DNA from: Octopus vulgaris
Taxonomy: Eukaryota
Assembly (NCBI GenBank): GCA_951406725.2
Contig: OX597842.1
Coordinates: forward strand, 1,798,001 to 1,862,000
Direction of reading: 5' to 3'
DNA: 64,000 nucleotides
Part shown: in pieces, positions 12,595 through 26,640 of the stretch
Numbering within the stretch: the first letter of the stretch is position 1
How the letters are laid out: every line of letters begins with the position of its first letter
Program-made: the position numbers and the translations under genes
The notes under the pieces: generated by a model
Seen by the model: only the letters and a program-made list of their open reading frames with translations
The model's database searches: none
Told to the model about the DNA's origin: nothing

Positions 12595-13870
12595 TCGTCA
12601 TCCTCATCAACATTTATTTAACATCCATTTTTCTATGCTGGCATGGATTGTATGATTTGGCCGGAACTAATAATGTCAGGGGCCATACAAGCCTCTTGTA
12701 GCATGGTTTCTGTGGTTGAATGCCCTTCCAAATGCCAACCATTTCATCAAATGGACTGGGTGCTTTCAGCCCCAGCTGACTTCTGCTTTGGAATGGTTTC
12801 TACAGCTTGATGCCCTTCCAGATGCCAACCATATTACAGAGTGGACTGGGTGATTTTTATGTGGAGCCAGCCCCAGCAAGGTTTGCTTTCTTCAGGCTTT
12901 ATAGCTGGATGCCCTTCTTAATGCCAAACTTTACAGAGTGAACTGGGTGCTGTTTTAACATGGCACCAGCAGCAGCAGCTGCAGTAAGGCACAATGGCCC
13001 AGTGGTTAGGGCAGTGGACATGTGGTCAGAGGATCGCGGTTTCGATTTCCAGACAGGGCGTTGTGTTTATTGAGCGAAAACACCTAAAAGCTCCATGAGG
13101 CTCCGGCAGGGGGTGGTGGCGACCCCTGTTGTACTCTTTCGCTCCAACTTTCTCTCACTGTTTCTTCTTGTTTCTTATCCCCGACTTCCTATGCAACCGC
13201 TGAGCCTGGATGCACATTCATCCATCCATCCATCCATCGATGCTCTCGGTGTCAGGGGTTAACCTGCTTTCTCTTCTGCGGGTCTTACAAATAGCAAAGG
13301 ACCACATTTCAGACTTCTCCCGCTCTGGGATGAAGACCGCTTCGCTCAACAAACAAACAAACAAGCAGTAGCTGTAATATTTGTTTTAGCAAATGCTTCC
13401 TAATGCCAGATATTTTACAGAGTGTACTGGGTGATTTTTCTATGTGGCACCATTACCACTAAGGTCTGTTTTGGCATGGTTTCTACAGCTGGATGCCCTT
13501 CCTAATGCCAACCACCTCACAGAGTGAATGGGGTGCTTTTTAAATTGTGGTCAGTGAGGTCAGCTTTGATTTGGGTCTAAAGGCTGGTTATCCTTCTTAA
13601 TGCCAAACACTCTACAGAGTGGCCTGGGTGCATTTTATGTGGAACCAGCACTCACAAGGTCTGCTCTGGCATGGTTTCTGCTCCTGGATGTCCTTTCCTT
13701 TAGGATCTCAATTCTGTTGAAATGGGCAGGTCTTTCCGAGTACAGCAATGCCCTGCATATCTCACTCCTCTGTCATCTCTTTTGTAAGGATCAGTAATTT
13801 GAGCTCAGCTTTCAATACTTTGTGCCATGTCTCCCTGGGTCCCACTTTTGCACAACTTTCCTCCACTTTA
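12595..13870 (-). mobile_element. Degenerate RTE-LINE 3' end with tandem ~80-bp subrepeats, interrupted by a family D SINE (12987-13362)
   Basis: Repeated GGATGCCCTTCC-AATGCCAACC...ACAGAGTGGACTGGGTG units; minus-strand GPRETWHKVLKAELKLL at about 13790-13850 resembles an RTE ORF C-terminus. Confidence 0.6.
12987..13362 (+). mobile_element. tRNA-derived SINE, family D head with tail type 3, ending in (CAAA)n
   Basis: Same head and body as 12249-12440 but an unrelated 3' part. Confidence 0.72.
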
Positions 13871-13919
13871 CGCACACACACGCACATACATATACACACA
13901 CACACATACATATTATATC

Positions 13920-14869
13920 ATCTTTTATCTGTTTTGGTCATTGACTGTGGCCATGCTGGATCATCACTTTGAAGAGTTTTTATTTAAATTAATCAAACCC
14001 AGTACTTGTTTTTTTTATAAAGACTGGGACTCATGTCATCAATCTCTTACTAAGCTGCTGAGTTACGAGAAGGGAAACAAACCAACACTGGTCACCAAGT
14101 GGTGGTGGGGGTCAAACTTAAGCACACTCACACATATATATATATATATATATCCATTTATATGTACATGGTGGGCTTCTTTCAGTTTCCATCTACCAAA
14201 TCCACATACAAGGCTTTGTTCGGCCCAGGGCTACAATAGAAGACACTTGCCCTAGGTGCCACTCAGTGGGATTGAACCAAAATCCATGTGGCTGGGCAGC
14301 AAGCTTCTTACCATGTAGCCATGCCGGAGACTAGGAAATACATATACATACATGTTCTTTAATTCTTTTTATTCTTTTACTGGTTTCAGTCATCTGACTT
14401 CAGCCATGCTGGAGCACTGCCTTGAATGGTTTTAGTCGAACAAATCAAAACCAGGACTTTTTTTCTTTTTTTAAGCCTAGTACTTATTCTATTAGATTCT
14501 TTGGCCGAACTGTTAAGTTACGGGAACGTAAACACACCAACACCAGTTGTCAGGCCATTATGGGGGAGAGGGTGCACAAAGACACACATACACAGATATA
14601 TACATATATGTATATATATATATGACGGGCCTCACAGGCTTTGGTCAGTCTGGGGCTGTAGTAGAAGACACTTTCCCAAGATGCCATGCAGTGGGACTGA
14701 ACCTGGAACCATGTGGTTGTGAAGCAAGCTTTTACCACAGAGCCATGCCTGTTCCTATAAATATATATGTGTGTGTATATATATCCTGCTTCCATTTCCT
14801 GAGCGCCTATTAATAATAATACTGTAATTGTTCCATTGTTGTTGTTTTTTTGTTTTCCCGTTTGGATTA

Positions 14870-14931
<62 letters not shown>

Positions 14932-15330
14932 CACGACGGGCTTCTTTCAGTTTCTTATTTCTTTATTGCCCACAAGGGGCTACACACAGAGGGGTCAAAC
15001 AAGGACAGACAAATGGATTAAGTTGATTACATTGGCCCCAGTGCGTAACTGGTGCTTATCTAATTGATCCTGAAAGGATGAAAGGCAAAGTCGACCTCGG
15101 CGGAATTTGAACTCACATCGTAGCAGCAGATGAAATACCGCTAAGTATTTCACCTGGCCTGCTAACATTTCTGCCAGCTTGCCGCTTTTCAGTTTTTGTC
15201 TACCAAATCCACTCAAAAGGCATTGGTCGGTCCGGGGCTGTAGTAGAAGATATTTGTCCAAGGTTCCATGCAGTGAGACTGAACCGAGAACCACATGGTT
15301 GGGAAGCAAGCCTCTTACCACACAGCCATG
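13920..15330 (-). mobile_element. Cluster of minus-strand family A SINEs with a family B SINE (14953-15185) inserted
   Basis: Reverse-complement family A halves at 13920-14325, 14370-14755 and 15187-15330. Confidence 0.75.
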
Positions 15331-15624
15331 ATTAGCAGTCATGTGCTTCTCTCCTTGCATGGGTAAAATTTTGAACGATGCTGCATAGGAATGTTGGACC
15401 AGGATGAATATATGAATATGTGCTGCAACTGAACTAAATGTGCATAAATGAAGCCTCAAGGGACATTAGAACAATTACGCAACAGAAACACGTGTCGGAT
15501 TGGAATCTAATGTAAATCTAATGAGAATAATAATGGTGTAAGAAAAAGTTTGAAGTTGTATAATTCTCTATTCATCTTTATGATGTTCTAATTATAAATA
15601 TGTGTGAGTATGATTGTGTATGGG

Positions 15625-16060
<436 letters not shown>

Positions 16061-16289
16061 TAAACAAACATATACACTAATGCACACACACACTGAAAAT
16101 GTTTTGAGCTTACAGCTTACATAAGCATTTTCAGGGTGATCGAAGCACCTCACATTTGAGGTCAGACAGAGGTGAACATCAACAATAAACAGCATATTCA
16201 TACATATTTATACAGGCCAAAATTAATAGACATCAAAATAGCAGCATACACAAGGAAATGGAGATTATATAAAATGATCTAGCTGTGTG

Positions 16290-16950
16290 TAGGTGCAGGC
16301 CTGGCTGCGTGGTAAGAAGCTTGCCTCCCAACCACTTGGTTCTGGGTTCAGTCCCACTGCATGGCCCCTTGAGCAAGTGTCTTTTACTATGGCCTTGGGC
16401 CAACCACAGCCTTGTGAGTGGATTTGGTAGGCAGAAGCTGAAAGGCGGCGAGCTGGCAGAAGCGTAAGCATGCCGAGCAAAATGCTAAGTGGTATTTCGT
16501 CTGCCGTTACGTCCAGAGTTCAAATTCCGCCGAGGTCGACTTTGCCTATCATCATTTCGGGGTCGATAAATTAAGTACCAGTTATGCACTGGGGTTGATG
16601 TAATCAACTTAATTCGTTCGTCTGTCCTTGTTTGTCCCTTCTGTGTTTAGCCCCTTGTGGGTAGTAAAGAAATAAGAAACTGAAAGGAGCTTGTTGTGTG
16701 TGTGTGTGTGTGTGTGTGTACACAATACAATTGTGTGTGTGCATGTGTCTGTATCTGTGTTTGTCCCCCACCAATGCTACACAACCAGTGTTGGCTTTTT
16801 GTTAAGTCCCCGTAACTTAGCAATTCAGCAAACGTAGCTGATAGAATAAGAATCAGACTTAAAAAGAGAAAGTAAAATACTGGGTTGGATTTGTTCGACT
16901 GAATTCTTCAAGGTTGTGCTCCAGCATGGCTACAGTCTAATGACTACAAA
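16290..16950 (+). mobile_element. Family A SINE split by a family B SINE (16441-16675)
   Basis: Family A stops at GAAGCTGAAAGG and resumes at GAAACTGAAAGG after the insert. Confidence 0.75.
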
Positions 16951-17639
16951 AAGTATAGGTTTAAATATATATATATATATTCTTTTACTTGTTTCAGTTA
17001 TGTGACTGTGGCCATGCTGGAGCACTGCCTTTAGTCGAGCAACTTGACCCCAGGACTTATTTTTTGTAAGCCTAGTACTTATTCTGTCGGTCTCTTTTGC
17101 CGAACCACTAAGTTACGGGGACGTAAACACACCAGCATCGGTTGTCAAGTGATGTTGGGGGGACAAACACAGACACACAAACATACATACACATATATAC
17201 ATATATATGGCAGGCTTTATTCCATGAGCAGGCTGTTTCATTGATCAGATCAACTGGAACCATTCTCGTCGTAACCAACGGAGTGGCACAATTACCACTT
17301 GTTTCAGTCATTTGATTTTGGCCATGCTGGAGCACTGCCTCGAAGGGTTTTAGTTGAATGAATCAGCCCCAAGACTTTTTCCTTAAGCCTAGTACGTATT
17401 CTGTTGGTTTCTTTAGGCAAAGCTCTAAGTCATAGGGATGTAAACACACCAATACTGGTTGTGAAGCAGTGATGGGGGTCAAACACAGACAAACAAATCC
17501 ACTCATAAGGCTCTGTTTGGAGCCTGAGGCTATAGTAGAAGGCACTTGCCCAAGGTGTCATGCAGTGGGACTGAACCTGGAACCTTGTGATTCAGAAGCC
17601 AACGTCTTACCACACAGCCACACCTGATATGTTTTTGTA

Positions 17640-17935
17640 CTGTATGCAGCTCAAGAGCTGTGACCATGCTGGGGCACCACTGTTAGCTTTCCTGCACTTT
17701 TGCTAAACCTCCTCTGATATGTGGCATTTGGTGAATGAGGGATTTTGACACTGCTGCCCCTATCTGTGTTTATTGCATTGAGGTAGGTTCACCTGGAACT
17801 CTTGACAGAAGGAGATCCAGTTTTGTTTTGAAAATGCCTACATCCACCCACCCTATGTAGGCCTTTCAGACTTTATAGGAAAATTTTGATGAGCTGTGGG
17901 CCCTTGAAACCCAAGTTGTTGTAGTATCTGGTCTA
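17640..17935 (-). mobile_element. Diverged 3' end of a CR1/L2-like LINE
   Basis: Collinear similarity to 43150-43465 (FKTKLDLLLSRVPGEPT; GGTGCCCCAGCATGGTCACAGCTC tail). Confidence 0.7.
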
Positions 17936-17950
17936 TGGCAATGTTGGGAT

Positions 17951-18722
17951 AAAGGCTGTGAGCTGGCAGAAACGTTAGCATGCCGGGCGAAATGCCTAGT
18001 GGTATTTCGTCTGCTGTTACGTTGTGAGTTCAAATTTCACCAAGGTTGGCTTTGCCTTTCATCCTTTTGGGGTCGATTAAATAAGTACCAGTTACGCACT
18101 GGGGTCGATGTAATCGACTTAATCCCTTTGTCTGTCCTTGTTTGTCCCCCTCTGTGTTTAGCCCCTTGTGGATAATAAAGAAATAGGTATTTCGTCCGTC
18201 TTTACATTCTGAGTTCAAATTTCACCAAGGTTGACTTTGCCTTTCATCCTTTCGGGGTCGATTAAATAAGTACCAGTTACGCACTGGGGTCGATGTAATC
18301 GACTTAATCCCTTTGTCTGTCCTTGTTTGTCCCCCTCTGTGTTTAGCCCCTTGTGGATAATAAAGAAATAGGTATTTCGTCCGTCTTTACGTTCTGAGTT
18401 CAAATTTCACCAAGGTTGGCTTTGCCTTTCATCCTTTCGGGGTCGATTAAATAAGTACCAGTTACGCACTGGGGTCGATGTAATCGACTTAATCCCTTTG
18501 TCTGTCCTTGTTTGTCCCCCTCTGTGTTTAGCCCCTTGTGGATAATAAAGAAATAGGTATTTCGTCCGTCTTTACGTTCTGAGTTCAAATTTCACCAAGG
18601 TTGGCTTTGCCTTTCATCCTTTTGGGGTCGATAAATTAAGTACCAGTTAAATACTGGGCTCGATGTAATCGACTGGCCCCCTCCCCCAAAATTTCAGACC
18701 TTGTACCTGGAGTATAAAAGAA
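17951..18722 (+). repeat. Family B SINE with an internal 185-bp unit tandemly amplified (about 3.4 copies)
   Basis: Near-identical units start with GGTATTTCGTC at 18001, 18186, 18371 and 18556; the ORF track is offset by 185. Confidence 0.92.
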
Positions 18723-18797
18723 TGTTGGTATTTTTGGTACCATGCAGTGGTGCTCCGTTCTGTTATTTGTATAACATTCATTGATAAAAAATATATA

Positions 18798-19392
18798 TAG
18801 GTGCAGGAGTGGCTGTGTGGTAAGTAGCTTGCTTACCAACCACATGGTTCTGGGTTCAGTCCCGCTGCGTGGCACCTTGGGCAAGTGTCTTCTACTATAG
18901 CCTTGGGCCGACCAAAACCTTGTGAGTGGATCTGGTAGATGGAAACTGAAAGAAGCCCGTCGTATGTATATATATATATATATATATATAGGTGCAGGAG
19001 TGGCTGTGTGGTAAGTAGCTTGCTTACCAACCACATGGTTCTGGGTTCAGTCCCACTGCGTGGCACCTTGGGCAAGTGTCTTCTACTATAGCCTTGGGCC
19101 GACCAAAACCTTGTGAGTGGATCTGGTAGATGGAAACTGAAAGAAGCCCGTCGTATGTATATATATATGTACATGTGTGTATGTTTGTGTGTCTTTGTTT
19201 GTTCCCCCAATATCGCTTGACAACCGATGCTGGTGTGTTTACATCCCTGTAATTTAGTGGTTCAGCAAAAGAGGCCAATAGAATAAGTACTAGGCTTACA
19301 AAGAAGTCCTGGGGATGATTTGCTCGACTAAAGGCGGTGATCCAGCATGGCTGCAGTCAAATGACTGAAACAAGTAAAAGAGTAAAAAGAGT
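18798..19392 (+). mobile_element. Family A SINE with a locally duplicated 5' half
   Basis: Two ~190-bp 5' halves separated by (TA)n, followed by one 3' half. Confidence 0.88.
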
Positions 19393-19678
19393 GTATGATA
19401 ATACACGACAGGCTTCTTTTTAGTTTCCGTCTACCAAATTCACTCGCAAGGTTTCGGTCGACCTGAGGCTATAGCAGAACACACTTCCTCAAGGTGCCAA
19501 AGCGTGGGACTGAACCTGGAACCATCTGAGTGGGAAGCAAAAGTCTTGCCACAATGAAACAACAATATATTTTGTCATATTGATTGCTATATAAACACTC
19601 TGGTGTTGATAGTCCGTTCAATAACATTAGCTTGTTAGTAATACACATATGTATGTGTGTATGTATACATATATATAT

Positions 19679-19739
<61 letters not shown>

Positions 19740-19766
19740 TATATGTATATATATATATATAAATAC

Positions 19767-19817
<51 letters not shown>

Positions 19818-19844
19818 CATATATATATATATATACATAAATAC

Positions 19845-19911
<67 letters not shown>

Positions 19912-19920
19912 AATAAATAC

Positions 19921-19951
<31 letters not shown>

Positions 19952-20280
19952 TTATATATATATAAATAAATACATATATATATATATATATAAATATATT
20001 TATATATATTTATATATAAATAAATAAATACATATTTATGTGTATATATTTATTAGTAAAATGTATGTATATACATATGTATATAATATGAAGCCTGTAT
20101 TTAGCAAACAAGTTATTTATCAGCAACAGATATTGATAATCCTGTCATTTAGTTTGATCTATGATCGTTATTAATGTTTGGGCATCGTTAATAAAGATTA
20201 GCGCAGAAAATAATTATGGAAGATGTTGTGTAATTATGGGAGGAACACATGCATCCATATATGTAGATGTATGTTTACGT

Positions 20281-20349
<69 letters not shown>

Positions 20350-20703
20350 TATATGTACTTATAGGTGTTTATACATCCTTGTGTACGGACATAAATTAAC
20401 ACAGTTCATCACCGTCATCATCATCATCATCAGCATCTTATACACACTCATGCACATTTATGTATGTGTGTATATACACATATACACACAATGTTCGTAC
20501 ACATATGCATATATGTGTGTGTGTGTGTATGCATATATGTATATAGGTATGTAGATATATATGCATGTAAATACATGTGCGTATATGTCTGTAAATATGT
20601 TTATAAATATATGTGAACCCACACACGCACACAAACTCATACACACACATATGTAGATGTGTGTGTATATGTTTGTAAATAAGTTTCTATAATATATATG
20701 TAA

Positions 20704-20739
<36 letters not shown>

Positions 20740-20854
20740 TTGTGTACACAACACACATACACTTGTATATGTGTGTGTATATGTATGTAAATAAATGTCA
20801 ATAAATATATAGGTATGCATATCTATAATGTATATGTATATATATATATATATA

Positions 20855-20898
<44 letters not shown>

Positions 20899-20995
20899 GT
20901 GTACACACACACACATACACACACTTATATATATATATATATATATATAAATGTATATAAATATATATATATATATATCTATATATATATACACC

Positions 20996-21034
<39 letters not shown>

Positions 21035-22288
21035 TTATATATATATATAAAATTATGTGTGGCTGTATATATGCCTACATACTCAACACACACACATATA
21101 TACACATATATACACACACATTAACTATCCTAACTAGCTCTACTCCTTGACCTCTTCATTTTCAACACTTCTCTCCTCCATTCTGCATTATGCTCTACTT
21201 TCGGCGGCTGTTTTATCTCTATACATTTCTTATCAAACCCGTCTTTATGCTTACCAGTTGAGGGCCTTAAACACTCCACGGTCATGTTGTACACTACTTC
21301 ACAAAGGTACCACCCACGCTAATTCCACAATCTTGGCATTAAGCATGGTAGACTGAGAGCATTTTCCCCAGGGTGTCAGCAAATGTTTATCTAAAATTGT
21401 GGGCTTGGAATGTTTTTTCCAAATTGTTGGGAGAAGACTGCTTGATGTTGCAATCCTCAACTCATTTACATTTAAGTATTTTGGTGCTTCCGTTGCCTGA
21501 TTACATCTCTTGACCTGGATGTGGATTTTGAATTTGGGGTCAATGAAGCAGTGCTCTATCTAGTACTCACAGCCACACATGGCCTTCATGACTCATACAT
21601 CCTGCTTGTTTTCTTTGACAATGACATAAGTGATGAGATGTCAGTGCTTGGAGTGAGGGTAGTTCCACCATGAGGCATTGGTCAATCAAGCACCCAGGGC
21701 AACTTAATATTGCTGACCTTCATTTTGGTGCTTTTGTTTCCTGTGTACGTCTCTCGGGCTAGATGCATATATTGAGCTTGGAAGCAAGGAGGCAGTGGTC
21801 AGTCCAGCACCTTGAGCCACTCATGGCCCTTGTGACTCGTCCTTCTCACTGATGAGGGCATAATTAAAGAGATGTCATTGCTTGGTGCAATGACTCATCC
21901 TTGTTGTTCTGTTAGGTGTAGGGACGCAGGAACCTTCAGACTTTGCTTTTGTTACATATATTCAAACCCCAAAGAATCCCTATGATGTTTCCCAACCATG
22001 TCTGATCATCATCATCATCGTCATCGTTTAGCATCAGCTTTCCATGCTAGCATTGGTTGGACGGTTCAACTGGGGTCTGGGAAGCCAGAAGGCTGCACCA
22101 GGCCCAGTCTGATCTGGCAATGTTTCTATGGCTGGATGCCCTTCCTAACGCCAACCACTCCGTGAGTGTAGTGGGTGCTTATTAGGTGCCACCGGCACAG
22201 GTGCCAGACGAGTCTGGCAAATGGCGACGATCGGATGGTGCTTATTAGGTGCCACCGGCACTGGGGCCAGGCAAGGCTGATCTGAAAA

Positions 22289-22484
22289 GTACTGAAAAGT
22301 TCCTGGCCTTCAGTACCGGGTATTATGCAAGGCCTGGCTGGAAACCCAACCTTCTGAGTTCTTTTACAGGACGTAGAAAAACTGAAGAGCTGCTGCCATA
22401 AGTGTGTGAATGTGAGAGGGGAATATGTTGAATAAAATCATAATTAACTGATCCTCCTCTATTTTTATTTACCCCCTCTTATGT
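22289..22484 (+). mobile_element. Mariner-derived MITE (degenerate copy)
   Basis: Similar to 22992-23212; retains ...KCVNVRGEYVE* transposase C-terminus. Confidence 0.65.
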
Positions 22485-22507
22485 ATCTCTCTGTCTCCCC
22501 ATATATA

Positions 22508-22924
22508 TTCTTTTATCTATTTCCATCAGTTGACTGTAGCCACACTGGAGCATTGCCTTTAGTTGAAGAAATCGACCCCGGGACTTATAGGACTTATTCT
22601 TTGTATGCCTAGTACTTATTCTTTTGGTCTCTTTTGCTGAAATGCCAAGTGGCAGTGACGTAAGCACACCAACATTGGTTGTCAAACGATGGTGGGGAGA
22701 CAAACAGACACAAATAACAAACACACATACATATATATGCATATATATATATATATATATATATACGACGGGCTTCTTTCAGTTTCCGTGTACCAGATCC
22801 ACTCACAAGGCTTTGGTCGGCCCGAAGCTACAGTAGGAGGCATTTGCCCAAGGTTCCATGCAGTGGAACTGAAATGGGAACCATGTGGTTGGTAAGCAAG
22901 CTACTTACCACACAGCCACTCCTC
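22508..22924 (-). mobile_element. Family A SINE, full length
   Basis: Reverse-complement head, internal (TA)n and tail. Confidence 0.85.
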
Positions 22925-22991
22925 TCTCTCTCTCTCTCTCTCTGTATGTATATATATATATACATACATACATATACACCCATACATTACA

Positions 22992-23212
22992 TGTGGGGGT
23001 GCTGAAAAGTTCCTGGATTTAAAGGTATCTCAAAAGGCCTGGCTGTAGGCCCGATCTTCCGAGTTCTTTTACAGGGCTTAGAAAAACTGAGGGACCTTTG
23101 AAATAAAAGTGTGAATCTGAGAGGGGAATATGTTAAATAAAAGAATCATATTTCACTGATCCTCATGTATTTTCTTTTACCCAAAACCAGGAACTATTCA
23201 GCACCCTATCGT
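22992..23212 (+). mobile_element. Mariner-derived MITE (~220 bp)
   Basis: TIRs GGGTGCTGAAAAGTTCCTGG and CCAGGAACTATTCAGCACCC; internal ...NLRGEYVK* mariner C-terminal remnant. Confidence 0.78.
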
Positions 23213-23399
23213 GGCCATCAGCCTCCCATACTGCACCAATTGAGCTTTCTTTAACTTCAGGAGGCTTCAAGCAAAAACCATATTCCGTTCCTAGCAGGGA
23301 GGTGTAGGACGATGCTTGTAATTAGGAGGCCATTTTCTATACAAGTCTGGAGAAGTAGCAGACCGTTGCCATTGCTGTTTCAAGCCCCATGTTTTTCAA

Positions 23400-23700
23400 T
23401 GTCTCCTTTCCAGGAGACACTGTCACAGTCAGGTCTCTCATTGAACTCACCATGAAAGATGCTCCCCCACCTTCTGTTCTGTTTCCTGTTTACAGCCAAA
23501 GTCACAGATGTCTTCAAAGACACAGCTACAGGAATCGGCTTCTCATACCGTTCTGCTTGCTCATTCTTTAACGCTGGGAGGCTTCAAGCAAAAGAACCTT
23601 GGTTACAGCAGACACCATCTGTGTTTGCCTGTTTGATGATGGCTGTGCTCTCAAAGCTGCCTTCCAAGCTGATGTGCAGAGCACAGTGTGGGCAAGTTCT
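23400..23700 (+). pseudogene. RTE-clade LINE reverse-transcriptase fragment
   Basis: GIGFSYRSACSFFNAGRLQAK followed by CLFDDGCAL, a degenerate form of RTE G.YIRYR.DG.LFNL.RLQAK...LFADDCAL. Confidence 0.65.
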
Positions 23701-23972
23701 GCGACACTTGTAACAACTTTGTTGAAGTCAGGTGGGGGTGGGTGGTGGATGGGGAGACGGGGTGGGGGTGGGGGATTAAAATACAGTATTGTTCAAATAC
23801 TGGGGTCAGTATAATTGTTTGATGCCCTTCTTGAAATTTGTGGCTTTGAAGCCATTAGTTACAAACACACACATATATTATTATATTATTATAAACAATT
23901 ATTAGTTACATCATGATAGATAAATAAATAGATAGATAGATAGATGAAAGATAGATAGATAGATAGATAGAT

Positions 23973-24009
<37 letters not shown>

Positions 24010-24097
24010 GGAGAGAGAGAGAAATGAAAAATAGATAGATTGATAAGATGAATGGATAGACAGATAGAGGAATAAATAGATAGATAGATAGACAGAT

Positions 24098-25246
24098 ATG
24101 TTCTGAGTTCAAATTCCACCAAGGTGGACTTTGTTGTTCATCTTTCCAGGGTTGCTAAAATAAATACCAGTTTAACACTGGGATCAATGTAATCAAGTAG
24201 TTCCCTCACCAAAAATTTCAGGCCCTGTGCCTTTAATAGAAGGCATCATCATCATCATCATCATCAGGTAGAATTGTTATTAGGCTAGATGAAATACTTA
24301 GCGGTACTTTTCCTGTCACTACATTCTGAGTTCAAATTCCACCAAGGTTGGCTTTGCCTTTCATCCCTTTGGCGTCGATAAATTAAGTACCAGTTGTGTA
24401 CTGGGGTCGTTGTAATTAACTACTCCCCTCCCCACAAATATGAGGCCTTGTACCTCCAGTAGAAAGGATTATTATTATTACTAAGGCTGCGAGCTGGCAG
24501 AATTGTTAGCTCACTGGACAAAATTCTTAGTGGTATTTCGCCCAATACTATTTTCTGAGTTCAAATTCCACCGAGGTTGACTTTGTCTTTCATCCTTTCA
24601 GGGTCAATAAAATAAGTACCAGTTGCATGGGGTTGATTTAATCGACTAGCCCCTCCCCCAAAATGTCAGGCTTTGTACCTTTAGTAGAAAGGATTATTGT
24701 TATTATTACAGTTATGGTGGCAGTTTGGCAGAATCATTATTGTGACAAAAAAAATTCTTATTGTCATTTTGTTTATCTTTACGCTCTCTGAGTTCAAATT
24801 CCACCAAGGAAACTCTGCCATTCATTTTCTCAAGGTCGTTAATAAGTTGAACACTGAGATTGATGTGATTGACTTATCCTCTTTTGTGCCAAAAATTGAA
24901 ACCATTTTTTTTATTATTATTATCATCATTATTTTTAAGTGAGAGAGCAGTACATACTGTCAAAGTCACACGGGATACAAATACCTGAAGCCCATTATAC
25001 CCGTCATAACTACCCTTTTGATAAGGGTATACCAGGTGCATGCATCACAACCATGTGTGTGTGATATGGTGATCTCATACCAAGATAAACAGTGCAAGAC
25101 CTTGCAGTTGGGGCCCAGTTAGAACTTTCTTCAGGTTGAGTAGGGCATCCCTCTCAAAAGGTCCCTGAATAAATTTTGTTTTAAGGATGATGAACAAAAC
25201 ACCCATGTTTCCAAAAATTTCAGGCCTTGTGCCTTTAGTAGAAAGG

Positions 25247-25296
<50 letters not shown>

Positions 25297-25720
25297 AGGT
25301 GGTTATCTGTCAGAATTGTTAGCATGTTGGACAAAGTGCTTAGCGGTATTTTGCTCTTTGCTACATTCTGAGTTCAAATTCCTCCAAGGTTGACTTTGCC
25401 TTTCATCCTTTCGGAGTCGCTAAAATAAGTACCAGTTGAACACTGGGGCCAATGTAATCAACTAGTCCCCTCCCTTCAAATTTCAGGGCTTAGGTCTTTA
25501 GTAGAAAGGATTGTTACTATTATTAATATTATTATCATTAATGTGGTGAGCTGACAAAATTGTTAGCATGCCGAGCTTTTAGTTTTGATTTCAAACTCCA
25601 CCGAGGGGACTTTCAGGGCCAATAAAATAAATACCAGTTGAGCACTGGTGTTGATGTAATCATCTTACCCCACTCCCTGAATTTGCTGGCCTTGTGCCAA
25701 AATTTAAAACCATTTTTATT
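24098..25720 (+). mobile_element. Second chain of degenerate family B SINEs with (ATT)n/(CAT)n linkers
   Basis: At least six GAGTTCAAATTCC...AAGTACCAG...TAGAAAGGATTATT-type units. Confidence 0.8.
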
Positions 25721-26249
25721 GTTGTTGTTGTTATTTTGCTCACAAAACATCTTCTGCCGGCTGACATTCTATAACTAGATAAATTTAAACATCCTTCACT
25801 TAATAAAATTAATATCTGTTTTGATGAATACTTTCTCCCGCAATTATTCATAGCCTCTGTAATTTATTTTTCTTTATCATAAAATTTATTAATGATCTCT
25901 CTACGTGGACAGTAATCGCTACTCAATGTAAACGATATGATTATTGATAAACTATAAAACCATATTTTGTGGAACGAATGTAATGGTTTATATAATTTTA
26001 CTAACCAGTTAATATAGTTAATTTATTTCACATAAAAAATAGACGGAGTGTTTTCTTAGCTGGTCGAAATTACAACAAGTGTTGCCGTCGTTGTTTCATG
26101 TCTTTCATAAGAGCTAAAAGATATATTCTGTTAAAGGGACCTCTTGAATTATTTTGTTTTTGTACAATCAGTCACGCTGGTGTACACACACACATACACA
26201 CACGCACAAAATGTTTTCTTGCTCTCAGCTTTACCGCCTCTACTAAGCA

Positions 26250-26640
26250 AATTATGGCTGCCCCCTCGTTATCGAGTATGGCCATTGCACGAAGCTCAAC
26301 TGTTACTGATGCTGTGATCGAATGTGGCTTTTTAGCCCAGCTAAAGATCTACAATGTCTTGTACAAAATTGGCAACTAAGACCTTTACTGGTAATAGCCG
26401 GCTGTAGTTGTAACTAGGCTTCATGTACCTTTGCATGTCGTTTAAGTCCTCCTGCCGAATTACACTCTCTTCCACATGCCCGACAGATATGATTAGTATG
26501 GTGTGTTACACCACCACCAGTGGCCAGGTTGTCACTCATCTGTCTCGTTTTATGATTACGAAGATGACTGTTGAGTCCAGCTTTACTGAGGCAGGGTCTT
26601 GCACAGACATTGCATGTCAGAATCAAAGGAAGACCCTAAG
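26250..26640 (-). mobile_element. 3' end of an RTE-like LINE with two C2H2 zinc fingers and a 3'UTR
   Basis: CNVCARPCLSKAGLNSHLRNH and CRACGRECNSAGGLKRHAKVH followed by a stop; no TGEKP linker; short 3'UTR ending ...CGATAACGAGGGGGCAGCCAT. Confidence 0.65.

Noticed and set aside
17951-18722. Regular repeats suggestive of CRISPR, or three tandem 62-aa genes
   Set aside because: Units are contiguous SINE-derived 185-mers without spacers, in a eukaryotic context.
21150-21960. Higher-GC segment that might be an exon or LINE fragment
   Set aside because: No sustained ORF or recognisable motif on either strand.
26414-26626. Nested host C2H2 zinc-finger gene
   Set aside because: No TGEKP linkers, 5'-truncated, and followed by a LINE-like 3'UTR.
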